The notes beneath the pieces were generated by a model. It searched no databases. It saw only the letters and a list, made by a program, of their open reading frames with translations, and was not told the origin of the DNA. A stretch of DNA of 64,000 bases from the human T2T-CHM13v2.0 reference genome, Homo sapiens. The position numbers were made by a program, and so were the translations under genes. Of the stretch, positions 26,403 to 40,738 are shown piece after piece (positions within the stretch are counted from its first letter, which is position 1; each line of letters starts with the position of its first letter). The stretch is from positions 38,560,001 to 38,624,000 of the forward strand of contig CP068257.2 in NCBI GenBank assembly GCA_009914755.4. The letters are read 5' to 3'.

Positions 26403-27552
26403 GACCCAAACATCTCCCGCAAGCCTATTGCATATTTGTAGAATTAAGCAGACGAGACTGGCTACACAATTTGCAGGACCCAGAGCAAAATGAAAATATG
26501 GAGGCTTTTGTTCAAAAAGCAGGAAAAAGGTGCCATTAAAGTTCTAAAATATAAAGCTTTTTCCTTCCTTCTGTGGTCTCCCTCTCTCCCTCTGTCATGA
26601 TGGCCTTTATTTTTTATTTAATATCCCACTTCCTCTGGCATGGTGATACTGGCTGGTCAAGTGCTGACCCTCCCTAACTCCCAGTAACAGCCCTGTGACT
26701 TGGCATGCACACTCATGTGCCCCACCACATGCCTGGATCCCCACCATCATCATACCCAGGCCAGGGTGGGGACGTGTAGTCAGGCCTCTCTCAGTCGAAT
26801 AGGTGACCTTCAGTGACCTGGAGACCCACCCTGCCCGGTCATCCTCTGTAAACTCTCTGGTACTGCCACCTAGAAGCAGGGAGGGGTGCCACACCCAGAA
26901 ATGTTACAGGAGGCTGTCTCTGACCTTCTCCACATACTTACCCAGATCCCCATGGACTGGATGACCATAGCCATTGCTGGGCAGTTGCAGGAAAGGGGAG
27001 CCTGGGGCTCCAGGGGGCAGGAAAGTGAACAGCTGAAAACCTATTCTGGAGAGGCAGTGGGAGGTGGGATGACATGGGAGCTGTGGCTCCACATACCCTG
27101 TTCATGCTCCATTGTCACACTGGACTTCACTTGCAAAACACAATTTCAAAGACAAAATTGTTAAGAATTCAAGATGGCGGCTGCAGATAATCTTTGGCTT
27201 GTGGGACTGGACTGGTCTTGTACCGATGATGCTGTCCCTGAATGTCAGGACAGTACTCCACTTCCTAGGCAGCCTCTACTGCTTCCAGTAGAAAGAAACA
27301 GCCCAGGTACCTTGAGCAGGAGGGGAATAAGAAGAGCTGAGGAGAGGGCAGTCTCTTGGATAAGACTTAGATATGAGTAACCACAATCTGGAATCTGAAG
27401 TAGGGAGCCCACTCTGCCCATCATGAAGGCAATGGGTACAGAGGCAAGCCTTAATGAGGGAAGTGACTAATCCACTTGCAATCAACATCTTCCCAAGCCA
27501 CTCAATACATCACGATTATCTTTCATTAAACCTGTGGTCCCTATTCCTTACA

Positions 27553-28265
27553 TCACCTGGGAGCCATAAAAACACCCACAGTATGCTGAGAATGATGACT
27601 TCCAGCTTCATCCCCTGGAAAGGATAAGATCTCATTCTTTTTTATGGCTGCATAGTATTCCATCATGTATACATGCCACATTTTCTTTATCCAGTCTATC
27701 ATTAATGGGCATTTGGGTTGTTTCCAAGTCTTTGCTATTGTAAATACTGCAGCAATAAACATAAGTGTGCATGTGTCTTTATTGTAGAATGAGTTATAAT
27801 CCTTTGGGTATATAACCAGTAATGGGATTGCTGGGTCAAATGGTATTTCTGGTTTTAGATCCTTGAGGAATCACCACACTGTTTTCCACAATGGTTGAAC
27901 TAATTTACACTCCCACCCACAGTGTAAAAGCATTCCTATTTCTCCACAGCCTCGCCAGCATATGTTGTTCCTGACTTTTTAATAATAGCCATTCTGACTA
28001 TTCTCACTTATAAGTGGGAGTTGATCAATGAGAATACGTGGACACAGGGAGGGGAACAACACGCACCGGGGCCTGTCGGTGGGTGGGGCAAGGGGAGGGA
28101 GAGCATTAGGACAAATATCTAATGCATGCAGGGCTTAAAACCTAGATGACAGGTTGATGGGTGCAGCAAACCACCATGGCACATATATACCTATGTAACA
28201 AACCTGCACATTCTGCACATGTATTCTGGAACTTAAAGTAAAATTAAAAAAACAAAAAACAAAAA
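27553..28265 (+). mobile_element. 5'-truncated L1 insertion with twin-priming inversion. About 27553-27995 reads as L1 ORF2 3' region in antisense. About 27996-28265 is the L1 3' end/3'UTR in sense, ending in an A-rich tail.
   Basis: Antisense part: tttttatggctgcatagtattccatcatgtatacatgccacattttctttatccagtctatcattaatgggcatttgggttgtttccaagtctttgctattgt…. Sense part: cacttataagtgggagttgatcaatgagaatacgtggacacagggaggggaacaacacgcaccggggcctgtcggtgggtggggcaagggga…catgtattctggaacttaaagtaaaattaaaaaaac. The 69 aa minus-strand ORF (27553..27762) is the ORF2 C-terminus (…MIDWIKKMWHVYMMEYYAAIKKNEI…). Confidence 0.8.
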
Positions 28266-28408
28266 ACACCCACAGTAGTATCTTCCCAGTCACAGCGAAT
28301 ACTTGCTGTCCTCAGGATTCTTTTTTTTTTTTTTTTGGTAAAATACACATAACAAAAAATTGGTCATTTTGGTCACTTTCAGTGGACAAAGTACATTCTT
28401 AGTCTGTC

Positions 28409-28520
28409 TTCAAATCAGAACACCCTTGGAAGCCCCTCATTCTGGGGCCTGAGTCCATTTACAGGAGACTCCCCATAAAGTCCTTGAAATTTCCATTTTC
28501 TCAGCTGCAAGGCACATTGC
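28409..28520 (+). repeat. Copy 2 of the 112 bp direct duplication.
   Basis: See copy 1. Confidence 0.85.
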
Positions 28521-29610
28521 TGTACAGCCTTCACTACAATTCATCCCCCAAACTTTTTCTTCTTCCCAACCTGAAACTTGGCAACTCTTAAACAATCCCT
28601 ATTCTCTCCTTTTCCTGGCCCCCAGGCCCTGGCAGTCACCATTCTACTTTCCGTCTCTATGAATTTGACTTCTCTGGGGACCTCCTATAAGAAGAATCAT
28701 ACAGTATTTGTCTTTTTGTATCTGGCTCATTTTACTTAGCATAATCTCCTCAAGGTTCAGTCAAGCTGTAGCCTGTGTCTGAATTTCCTTCTTTTCTAAG
28801 CCTGAATTATATTTCAAGATATGTGTACACAGCATTTTTTTAATCCAGTCATCTGTCAACGGACACTTGTGTTGCTTTCACCTTTTGGCTATTGTGAACA
28901 CTGGTGTACAAAACATTATTTTTTAGAGTCTGTAGAACTTTGCTAGAGAAAATGGCTTGAGTCTTTTTGCCTGTTTCTTCTCAAGCCATTCAAAGGCCAA
29001 GCAGTATTTTCCCTGTTTGTGGTCTCTGCCTCTCAGTTTCATCTCCGTTTCCTCATCTGTAAGAACAATGAGACCTGCCGCCTCCTAAGGCTGTAATGAG
29101 GATTAATGAGATTATGTTAGAGGAACCCTCTGAGGGTGTTGGAAGAATGGCCCCACAGAAACACCAAGTGTGATTATCCCTGCTGCAGAATCAAAAATTT
29201 CTCCTGTCCAAATACTTATTGTTCATAAGATTTCGGCAAGTGAGGCTGCCTACTGGGCAGCTCTAATCCTTATAAAGAAAATGATTTTTCCAGCCAGGAA
29301 TTAACAAATTCTTAGCACATACTAAAATATCTCCTCAGCTGGGTTATTATGCTTACATAATGAAGTTACTTAGATTATAACCGTTAATCAAATTCATGTT
29401 TCCAAGCTGGAGTGGGTCATATTTGATGCTAAGCTTGAACAAGAATGACAACATCTCCACTTCCTGGCAGCTTTTCCAGGCCCTTATGACATGATTGAAT
29501 GTGTCAGGGGAAAGACGAAGAACATTTAGGGTTCATATTACATTCACTCTGAAGTTATTTCAAGTCACATTATTGGAAGAAAGTTGATTTATTTTTTAAG
29601 ACAAGTATGA

Positions 29611-30054
<444 letters not shown>

Positions 30055-32494
30055 TAATAATTATGTAGAAAAAGGAAAATAGTAAATAGATTTTGATTTC
30101 CTGCCATCAATGATAGTAAAAAAATAAAGAAACAAGGAAGAAAATAGATCATGTCATCCTGAAAAATTGGGTAAGTGCTGTCCAGGATATTAATTGCAGC
30201 AAAAATATATTATGAGCCATGGGTTAGCCAGTTTTTAAGGTGACCTGTGGTAATCTCATCTCCTGGAATTCAAACTCTCCACATTTTATCACTCTGAGAC
30301 CAGATTATAAAAGGACTGTAGCTTCTACCTTCTACTTGGGTGCCCCAGTTCTCTCTCTTTCTGTCTGATCACTTGCTCCAGGGAAGCCTGCCATGATATC
30401 ACCAGGATACCCATGTGGCCTATGGAGAGGACCATGAGAAGGACAAGTCTTGGGCCAATAGCCTGCCAACAACCCTGTGTGGGAGCTGGGGGGTGGATTC
30501 CACCCCCGCCACCCTTCACTCTTATATTCAGATGCATTTCCCAGAAGGCAAGCAGTTTCCATGTGGCTTGGGGACAGACACAGAGTTGTCATGTCTGAAG
30601 CCATGTTCTAACTTTTGAGCAGCTGCTTTATGTACAGCTGTTTTTCATGGAGAAACAGAGAAGATAAATCATCATCCCCATTAGCACTCAATGGGGTGGT
30701 GAATTCTACCATGTCTTGTCTCCATCACCCACTGCACAGCACACTGCCTGTGGCTCCCAGCCGTTCAGTGTGCTGTGTCTTCTGGAAGCTGGGCTGGTTA
30801 TCTCCTTGAACAAGTCCTTCGGCCTCTCTGTGCCTCAATTTCTGTACCTATAATTACAGCACCCCCTCCTAGGGTTGCTGTAGAGATTACAAGCTAATAG
30901 CTCTTTAGGGTGTCCCAGGGATCTCCTCTACCTGAAGATTCTTGTCCAAAATGGGCCAACGCCCAGTATTTTGATCCTTCCTTCAACGTTATAATCTCCA
31001 CCATATTTCTGATTCCTAAAGTTTCACCTTTTCCTTGAAACCACTCTGACCATGTGATCTTCATCTGTGTTAATATTCATTTTCCACTGTGCCTCTTCAT
31101 TCAAGCATTAGTGGCATGATTCCATTGGCTTGCATGTGATGCCCATATGGTTTTTTTATTTGGTTATCTGGATTGTATCATTTATTTCATTCCTTTTTCA
31201 TTTGACTATGCTAGTATCAAGGACATAAATGCCCTTTTAAAAACATCTGGTGTAATAATGAGGATGATAATTATAGCTAATATGCATTAAGTTCTCTGCT
31301 GAGAAATGTATTAGCTTTTAATACCTACAGCAATCCTAGGAAGGAGGTTTTGTAAATATGAGTATAAAAATTGAGGCACAGAGAGGCTAAATGGCTTGTT
31401 CAAGATCACACAGGTAGAGAGGAGCGGAGCCAGAATTTTAAACCATGCAGCCCATCTGTTTCCCACCTGGGTATGGATGCATGAACAACTTGGTACATCC
31501 TTGGCTGCTTTTGAACTGTATGTAAAATACCATCAACCTTTCTGCATTCATTTGTGTCTGGCTTCTTTCCTTCCACCTTATGTTTGCAGATATCTACCAT
31601 ACATGTATAGTACCTGTTGTTTCTTTCCTTTTATACACAGAGTTATTATACAGCCCTGAACCAGCATCACCTGGGAACATGCTAGAAATGCACACTCTGG
31701 GGTCCCACAACCTGTCTGAATCATCCCCCACCTGGGGGCTGCTTTACATCTGTTCTTTGTGGCATCCCTCCCCTACCCGTCACCCAGAGCCTTGTTTTCT
31801 AGTACCCTGCGTGCATATTGCAGAAGCAGCTCAGGCTTTGGAATCAGCAGAGCTAACTTTGAGGTTTTTTGGCTCTGCCAATTGATAAGCTATAAAATTA
31901 GGTGGGTATTTATGTTCTGAATCATCTATCAAATGGGTGCAAGGGTGATGCCCACCTCAATAGAGAGAAGCAACACAATTAAATACATGCAAAGACCTTT
32001 GTAGATTATAAAGTGCTTATAAGGTTAGTTTTTTTTCTAGCTAATATTTGTGTTCATGACTTGGTTTTCTAATTACATTGTACATTCCTGTACGGCTAAA
32101 GAGCTTTTCATATATATGTATAGGCAAGGATTGTAAGAAAAAAAGTGTTAAGATAATGGGATCATACAGATTTAAAAATTTTAAATATTTAATGTGGTTT
32201 TTATAAAGGTTGAGCAATAAATAAAATATGTTTAAAAGTAAATTTCACTTATGTAGGTTTTAAATGAAATATTAATGAATTTGATAAATAATATAACGGT
32301 TGTGTCCATCATATCACGTAGAATATTAACAACATAGGTAAAAGATAAAAGGAAAACAGGGGTGTTTTAAGTGCTAACTTTTGTTAACTTGTTTTGAAGA
32401 GAATGGGGTGATGGTCTGCTTACTTTCCAAGAATAGGGTTCCCAGTGGTGTTTTCAAAGAGATTGCTGCTACAGATTAATTGTAGGGCCCATAT

Positions 32495-32650
32495 TTGTGT
32501 GCGTGTGTGCACACACATGTACCCATGAATGTGCCTGTGTGAGCACGTGTGCAATTCTATGCATGTACATTCATTCTTTTGTGTGTGCCTGTGTGCATGT
32601 GTTTGCGTGGATGTGGATGTGTGTTTATGTTCATACCTGCCTGGGTGTCT
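32495..32650. repeat. Imperfect TG/CA-rich low-complexity region (tgtgtgcgtgtgtgcacacacatgtac…gtgtttgcgtggatgtggatgtgtgtttatg).
   Basis: Read directly from the sequence. Confidence 0.7.
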
Positions 32651-33623
32651 GCTGGAAGACTAGAGGGCAATGGCTCCTAAAGACTTTTAATTATCTTGAA
32701 ACCTTTCTCCCAAATTTTGTGTGAAAGCCAAGATGATGCATTTTTATTATGTTTATTAGAAAATAAATATACAACTATATATTTCTTACTTATTTAAGAA
32801 CGTTCTCATACAGGAAAACCTTAAAGTTCTCAGATGGTCTCTATAACCTTGGCCTATTTTATAGGTTTGTGGAAGGGACAACTGACTTAGAGAGGCTATG
32901 GAGATACAAAATAACACCAATGGTTTTGCAGATAGAAAAGCACCTCTTCTGAAAGAATAAGGAATACACCCAGCCTGTGGAAGCCAGAACCAGCGCCTTT
33001 ACTTTCATAATTCAAAGTGGGGGCGAGATTCTTCTCATGTAACTGAACTGTAGTATTAATGATACAAAGAGATGGAGGTCGTATCCTAGCTTTCGAGTAA
33101 ATGCCAACACAAGCAAGTGTGTCTGCACATGCACACACACAGTCACATGTGCAACTAAAACCAGTGCTTTTTCCTGCTTTGTGTTATGGGCTTATGAGCC
33201 CTGCATCCAGCAGTGAAATGGGTAAACAGATGCATGGCACATTTGCAGGAATACATTCCATGTAACTGTTGGCAGGCTGCACCCCTTCTGTGTCTTCTGT
33301 TTATGTCAGTTGATACATCTTTAAGAAGGGGGAAATGGAAGGAGCAAGGAATTGTTGGCAAACAGCACTGTTAATCAGGAGGTATTTTATGACCCAGCAA
33401 CTCTCAGGGGGTTTTTAAAGTTCAGAGGCTCATGAAGAGACATGTGTAAAGGTCCCTCCCAGGGGAGACGAACAGACACTAATTGAGGTATTGACGGCTC
33501 TAAATGAAGCAGAAACCTGCTAGAAGATTCAGCTCCAAGGAAGATGAGTGCTGCCAAGCAGTGCATGCTGGGGGCCTTAGCAGGTTTCATTCACTGCTCC
33601 TTCATGCAAGTAAGTGTACTCTT

Positions 33624-33957
<334 letters not shown>

Positions 33958-35017
33958 TCACAGCACAAGGTCCCAAGCTAAAGAGCCACAAAAAATGATC
34001 TGTTGAAGTATTAAAAATATCTCCTTGATCATGTCCCCAATTCTTTGCCTCGGTGAATATTATATTGTATATTTCCCCATATGCACATATAAAACAGGCA
34101 TATAAGATATTTAAGCATGTTTCAAAAACATTCAAGGATAGTAAATAATGTTTAAAAGCATCACCTATAGTTTCTCCTGAAGAAAGATTGTTGCACTGCT
34201 CTCTCCATCCCATTTAGGGAGGATTTATGCAATAAGTATTGGAGGTTTTACCGCATTTGGCCTTTTATATTCGACATGGAACTATCTCACCCACAGAGGC
34301 TTTTTGGCACTGGCAGCAGCACCTGCTTCCTCTTAGAGAGCCTGGGATGCCCAAAGCAGAGGGAACTGTGAAATCTGACACAACGTGTAACCTGTGCTCT
34401 AACTGTATCTCTCTGAACTCCACCCAGTTCTAAGGATAGTAATGTCAGTGCGTCTAGGTAAAGAGAGCTTTGAACACCCGTGTGAGTCTGTGTGTGCCTG
34501 TGTGAATAGCAAATGAGCTGTCACCAGAATACCTTCATCCCAGTAGGTGTGTCCCTAATGACAGGAACAGGATGTGAGGATGAATCCACTGGAAACTGCT
34601 GGGGAAAAGCACCTGAGGCCAGGGGTCAAGGAGGCAGCTCTGGGTAGCAGAGCAGAGGCTGTGAGCATCCTCTGGAGGGCATGTTAGCACACGGGGGTAG
34701 GCCCGACCTGTGGAGCTGACTCAGTGGGTCTAGGGGGGACTCCAGAGGCTGTACATTCTACATGTTCCTGAGGTACAATGGTACAGCTGGGTAGGTGGTG
34801 GAGGAGGGCACACATTGAGACCCAGTGAGAGGAATGGGTGCCTCCAGCATCAACCATATTTCCTGGGCCATTTCCACATAGCTATTTGGATGTGTTATAT
34901 CAAGTAAGTTAAAACTCTGCTTTTATTTTTTAAAAATCCCAATAATGTGGTAGTAAACATTTCTAATCCTTGCTTTTCCTGGGATTTGCCAAAAAAAAAA
35001 AAAAAATGTTCAAAAGA

Positions 35018-35235
35018 AGCCTGGGCAACATAGCAAGACCCCATCTCTACAAAAAATAATAATAATAAATAACTGGGCATGGTAGCACATGACTGTAGTC
35101 CCAGCTAGCTGGGGGACTGAGGTGGGAGGACCCCTTGGGCCCAACAGGTCAAGGCTGCAGTGAACTCTGTTCATGCCACTGCATTCCACCCTGGGCAGCA
35201 GAACAAGACTTTGTCTCAAAACAAAACAAAAACAA
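35018..35235 (+). mobile_element. 5'-truncated Alu (right-monomer portion), sense, preceded by an A-run.
   Basis: cctgggcaacatagcaagaccccatctctacaaaaaataat…ctgggcatggtagcacatgactgtagtcccagctagctggggg…. Confidence 0.7.
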
Positions 35236-36428
35236 TTTAAAGAAAATTTAGGTGATTTATTTTCCATTTCAAGAAAAGAAAGACATTGCATGCATGATAC
35301 CCCAGGATAGAAACCACAAAGATAGTGCTTAGCAGATTTGACAATGCATCCTGCTAAAGATTCTGTATGGCAATAAACATGCAAACAAATAAATATGGAA
35401 AACAAAATTTTAAAAAAGTCAAACCGAAAAAAAATTGTAACTATAGTAAAAAAGTATTATTATGCAATAACATAAATTTATAAATACTAAAAACAATCCC
35501 AGAAAAAGTGAAAAAGGATAGAGAATTCATTAAACAAATGGAAATTTCAATATTAAAATACCAAGATATTCAAATTCTTTCTATAATTTCTTTAATTTCT
35601 GTGAAATTTTCTTGCCATTGCAGAGCAGATGACTGAAAGTGTCCAGTTTGGTAGGAGGTGGGGACTGGGGTGCTGGCACTCTAGTCTTGCAATGGAAATG
35701 TCTGATGGTACAGTCTTCTGGGAAGCCAGTTTGGCCAGGTGTAAAAATATGTTGTGTGAGCAGATCTTTTGACCCTGTAATTCCTTTTCTTGTATTTTAT
35801 CCTAGGAAATTAATTAGATAAATGTGCACAGTTTATGTATAAGGATGGCTCATTGCAATCTTATTGATTATAGGAGCCTTTAGGCACAACATAAATGTTC
35901 ACAGTTACTTAAAAAGTAATTACACATCTATAAGTGGCATATTATTCAGCCCCTAAAACACAAAAACTATAATGTAAAGTCTCAGAAAGATAGATCTGTG
36001 TTCATTTGCTAGGTCTGCCATAATAAATTATCATGGATTGGCCTCAATAATAGGACTTTATTATCTCACAGTCCTGGAGGCTCGAGGTCCAAGACCAAGT
36101 TGTTGACAGGGTTGGTTCCTCCTGAGGCCTCTCTCCGTGGCTTGCAGATAACCATCTTCACCCGGGGTCCTCACACGGTCACTCCTCCATGTGTGTGGCT
36201 GCACGCTAACCTCTTCTTAGAAGGACACCAGTCAGATTAGATGAGAACTACCCTTAGGACCTAATTTTACCTTAATCACCTCTTTAAGCCTCTATCTTCA
36301 AATACAGTCACAGCAGGAGTTGCGGCTTCAACATGCGAATTTTAGGGGGAGACACAAGTTAGTTCCTAATAATACCTATAATACATTATCAATGGAATAA
36401 AAATGGAATCCATGGAGTAATAGATTTA

Positions 36429-36753
<325 letters not shown>

Positions 36754-38765
36754 CTAAACCGGGCCACAATTCCATTGTCACAGAAAGTGGCAGCGAATCT
36801 CAAAGGGTTTTCGGTTGAGCATGGAGAATGGCTCACTGAGCTGTTGCTTTCATCGTTTTCCCCAAGGATCTTGGAGTGCTGCATGCTCTCATATTCTCAC
36901 ATGGTCAGGAGTTCTTACTCACCAGGAAACAGCTGGGGAAAGAAGTAACATGTCCTCTCTAACTTACATGTGAAGGAACATTTTGAGTATGACGAGAACA
37001 TGCAGAAAGATCTCCTGACATAACTGTTATCCGTAGGGGGTTCCATTTAGCCCTACACAAAATCCCCTTGGGTTGCGAAACAGAAATATGGAGAGGCAGC
37101 TGCGGCTTTCACTGCCCTACTCCTCCCTCCTCTTAACCTTTCATTTAAAAATCTAAAACAGGCCAATCTGATCCTCTAGGAAGATTAAGAAATTTTTGCT
37201 GGCAATAGGAAGCATGCAACTAAGGAAAAAGCCCTCAAAACAAACAGCCCCTCAAAGATGAGGTCTGAGCTATTGTGATTTCTTTTCAGAAGCTCTAAGA
37301 GCAAGACAGCTGACAGCTAAATGAGCGGGCACTATTTTGAGAACTCGCATTCAGGATTAATTGTAGGGGTGAGGTTCTGTGGGCTCAGAGAGGCTGCCTG
37401 TAGCCACGAGGACAATGAGTGATTCTCCCCTCATCGTCTTCCACTTGGGACTCTCAGAGCTGGTTGCCATGGTTGATGAAGTGAAGTGCACATGCTTCCG
37501 CCTTGATGACAGTGAGTGACAGGAGGTTGTTAAGGAAGCAGTGGGGGAGGATGAGTGAGAAGGTTATGCAGGGTGTGTGGCCAACCCTGGACCTGTCCAG
37601 TATAATGCCAGGCTTTGAGCAAAATGCCAAGAAGAAGACTGGATGAAGTGAGAAACTACTCATTTCATAGACGTTGCATGGCGATGCCTGCACACACAAG
37701 ACTCCTACATTTCTGTTCTTCCTCTTCTGCTCTCTTTTCCACTCTTACCCTTGCTGATCTGACCTGCTTGGGCTGTCTCGATTATTTCTTATAAAGCCCT
37801 GACCACTCTCTCCTGAGCTGCTGTCTCCCATCTCTGGAGGTCAGCCAGGTACTTCCATTTGGAAGGCACACCATCCCCTTACAATCAACATGAGACAGAT
37901 GAAATGTGGCACCTTTCCTTCCAAGCTTTCTCCCTGTCCCTATTCCTGTCCCAGGCTCCTCCTTGGATGGATTCCAGGTCCCCAAGGCAATCAGTGGCCT
38001 GGTCCTTCTTGGTCAAGGTTCATAGCATCATTTAAATTAGACTTGTCCCCTCTAGGCCCGTGACCATCAGCTTACTGCAAGCCATAATCAGGATGCCTGT
38101 GCTGGGCTGTGAAATGGCATTATAACTCATCGCTCATTCATCTTCCTTTTCCACTCCAGTCTATCCTAGGGCTCTGCCAGACTCAGCTTCCTCACATGCA
38201 ACTTCCAGTATGATATCCTCTCACTTGCAATTTACAATGTCTTCCTGCTATTTACAGATTAAGCTCAGTTTTCACAGCTTAAAAGTTAAGACGTTTTATA
38301 ATCTTGCTGCAACCTATGTTTCCAGTTACCCACTAACTCCTTCTTTACCCAGACATTCCACCCCAGCACTCAAACATACCTTGTATGTTTCTCCACCTCC
38401 CCCATTCCCTATTTTGAGGTCTGAGAACATGGTTTTCCTTTTCCAGGTATGACTGGCTGGCACTGTTTTGCCATTCTGAAAATTACCTCCAGTTCTTCAA
38501 GTTGGATTTCATTCCACCTTCCAGGTTAAACTCACGTCCTACCTCCTCTATGGAGCCCTCCCTGACCTCACCCCTACAAGGGGCTCTCCCTTCTCCAAAC
38601 TCCCACAACTTTTTAATGTATATATTCACATTTATTGCACATATATATCTTTTGGCATTTACTTTTACAAAGCTAAAGTTTTGCAATACAGACTCCTAGG
38701 AAGTTGCAAAAATAGTAGAGTCCTGTGTGTCCTTTAGCTTCTGGCCATGTTGTGAATTTCCATAG

Positions 38766-39206
<441 letters not shown>

Positions 39207-39419
39207 TAGGTGTATACTTCCGTTTAACTTTATCCCATTACAGGTCCATGTACCCACCACCACCATCAAATGAGGAACTATTCCACACCACAGAAGAATT
39301 CCTTATTCCTATCTGTCTGTGTTTGCACCTGGCCCCATCCTACCCATTGTACCTGTCTACTAGTATCCACTAAGGTATTCTCCACCTCTGCTGTTTTATC
39401 GTTTTGAGAATGCTTTATA

Positions 39420-39900
39420 AAGATAACTTTTTGAAGTTGGCTTTTTTTCACTAAGCGTAATGCCCTTCAGACTCATCTAGGTTATTGTGTGTGTCAACAG
39501 TTCATTTCTTTTGATTGCTGAATAGCAGCATTCCAAACTATGGATGGACCATAGATTTTTCAACCATTCACCTGTGAGAAACATTCATTTTGTTGTTGTT
39601 GTTGTTGCTGTTTGTCCAGAATTTAGCTACTATAAAGAAAGCTGCTATGGATATTTTTATATAACTTTTTGTGAACATAAATTCATATTTCTTTGGGATA
39701 AATGCTTAAGAGAACAATTGCTGGACCACATGGTAAGTGCATGTTTAGTTTTATGAGAAACTGCCAAAGAGTTTTCCAGAATGTCTGCACCATATTACAT
39801 ACCCACCAGCAATGCATGAGAGATCCAGTTTCTCCACATCTTTGCCAGCATGTGGCGTTATAATTTTTAAAAAATTTTTGTTGTTCTCATAAATGTGTAG
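39420..39900 (-). mobile_element. Old L1 (L1M-type) fragment, antisense.
   Basis: …ttcactaagcgtaatgcccttcagactcatctaggttattgtgtgtgtcaacagttcatttcttttgattgctgaatagc…catacccaccagcaatgcatgagagatccagtttctccacatctttgccagcatgtg…. Confidence 0.5.
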
Positions 39901-40258
39901 CCAGGCATGCATTTTTGATGTGTAGACCTATCCACCTATCCATCAGGGCATGAGTCAAACATTTCCAAAGGCAGTGACTTGTCCTTGGTACAGCCCATGA
40001 TGCATCAGACATGTAGATTCTCACCAAATACCTATGGACCAACTGCCTTCTATCTAGAAGTGTTATCACACTTTCCACTGCATACTCTGCTAATAGGCAC
40101 TTTTATCCACACCTCATTATTCTCCTCCATCATTGCCCTCTGGATTGTAAACTGCTTGAGGTTAAAGATGATGTCTTAATTGTGTAGACCCTAATTGTTG
40201 GCAAATAGTAGCTGCTACACAAATTTGTGTGTGTGTGGGTTTTGTTGTGGGAGACTGA

Positions 40259-40570
<312 letters not shown>

Positions 40571-40671
40571 GTCAATTCTGCAACTTTTTTTATTGCAAAG
40601 AAGGAAGGGTGCTCAAGGCATAGAGAACAACACAGAGGCCTCACCTTGAGAGGCATAGCCATGGGGTTTAG

Positions 40672-40738
40672 ATTGAACATGAATTTAGTTTTGATACTTA
40701 AGAATTCTAACTTCATGTTCAATCTAAACACCATGGCA
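40672..40738. repeat. Perfect 17 bp inverted repeat (tttagattgaacatgaa … ttcatgttcaatctaaa) separated by about 29 bp, forming a hairpin of about 65 nt.
   Basis: The arms are exact reverse complements when read directly. The family is unknown; it may be a DNA-transposon TIR or MITE remnant. Confidence 0.8.
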
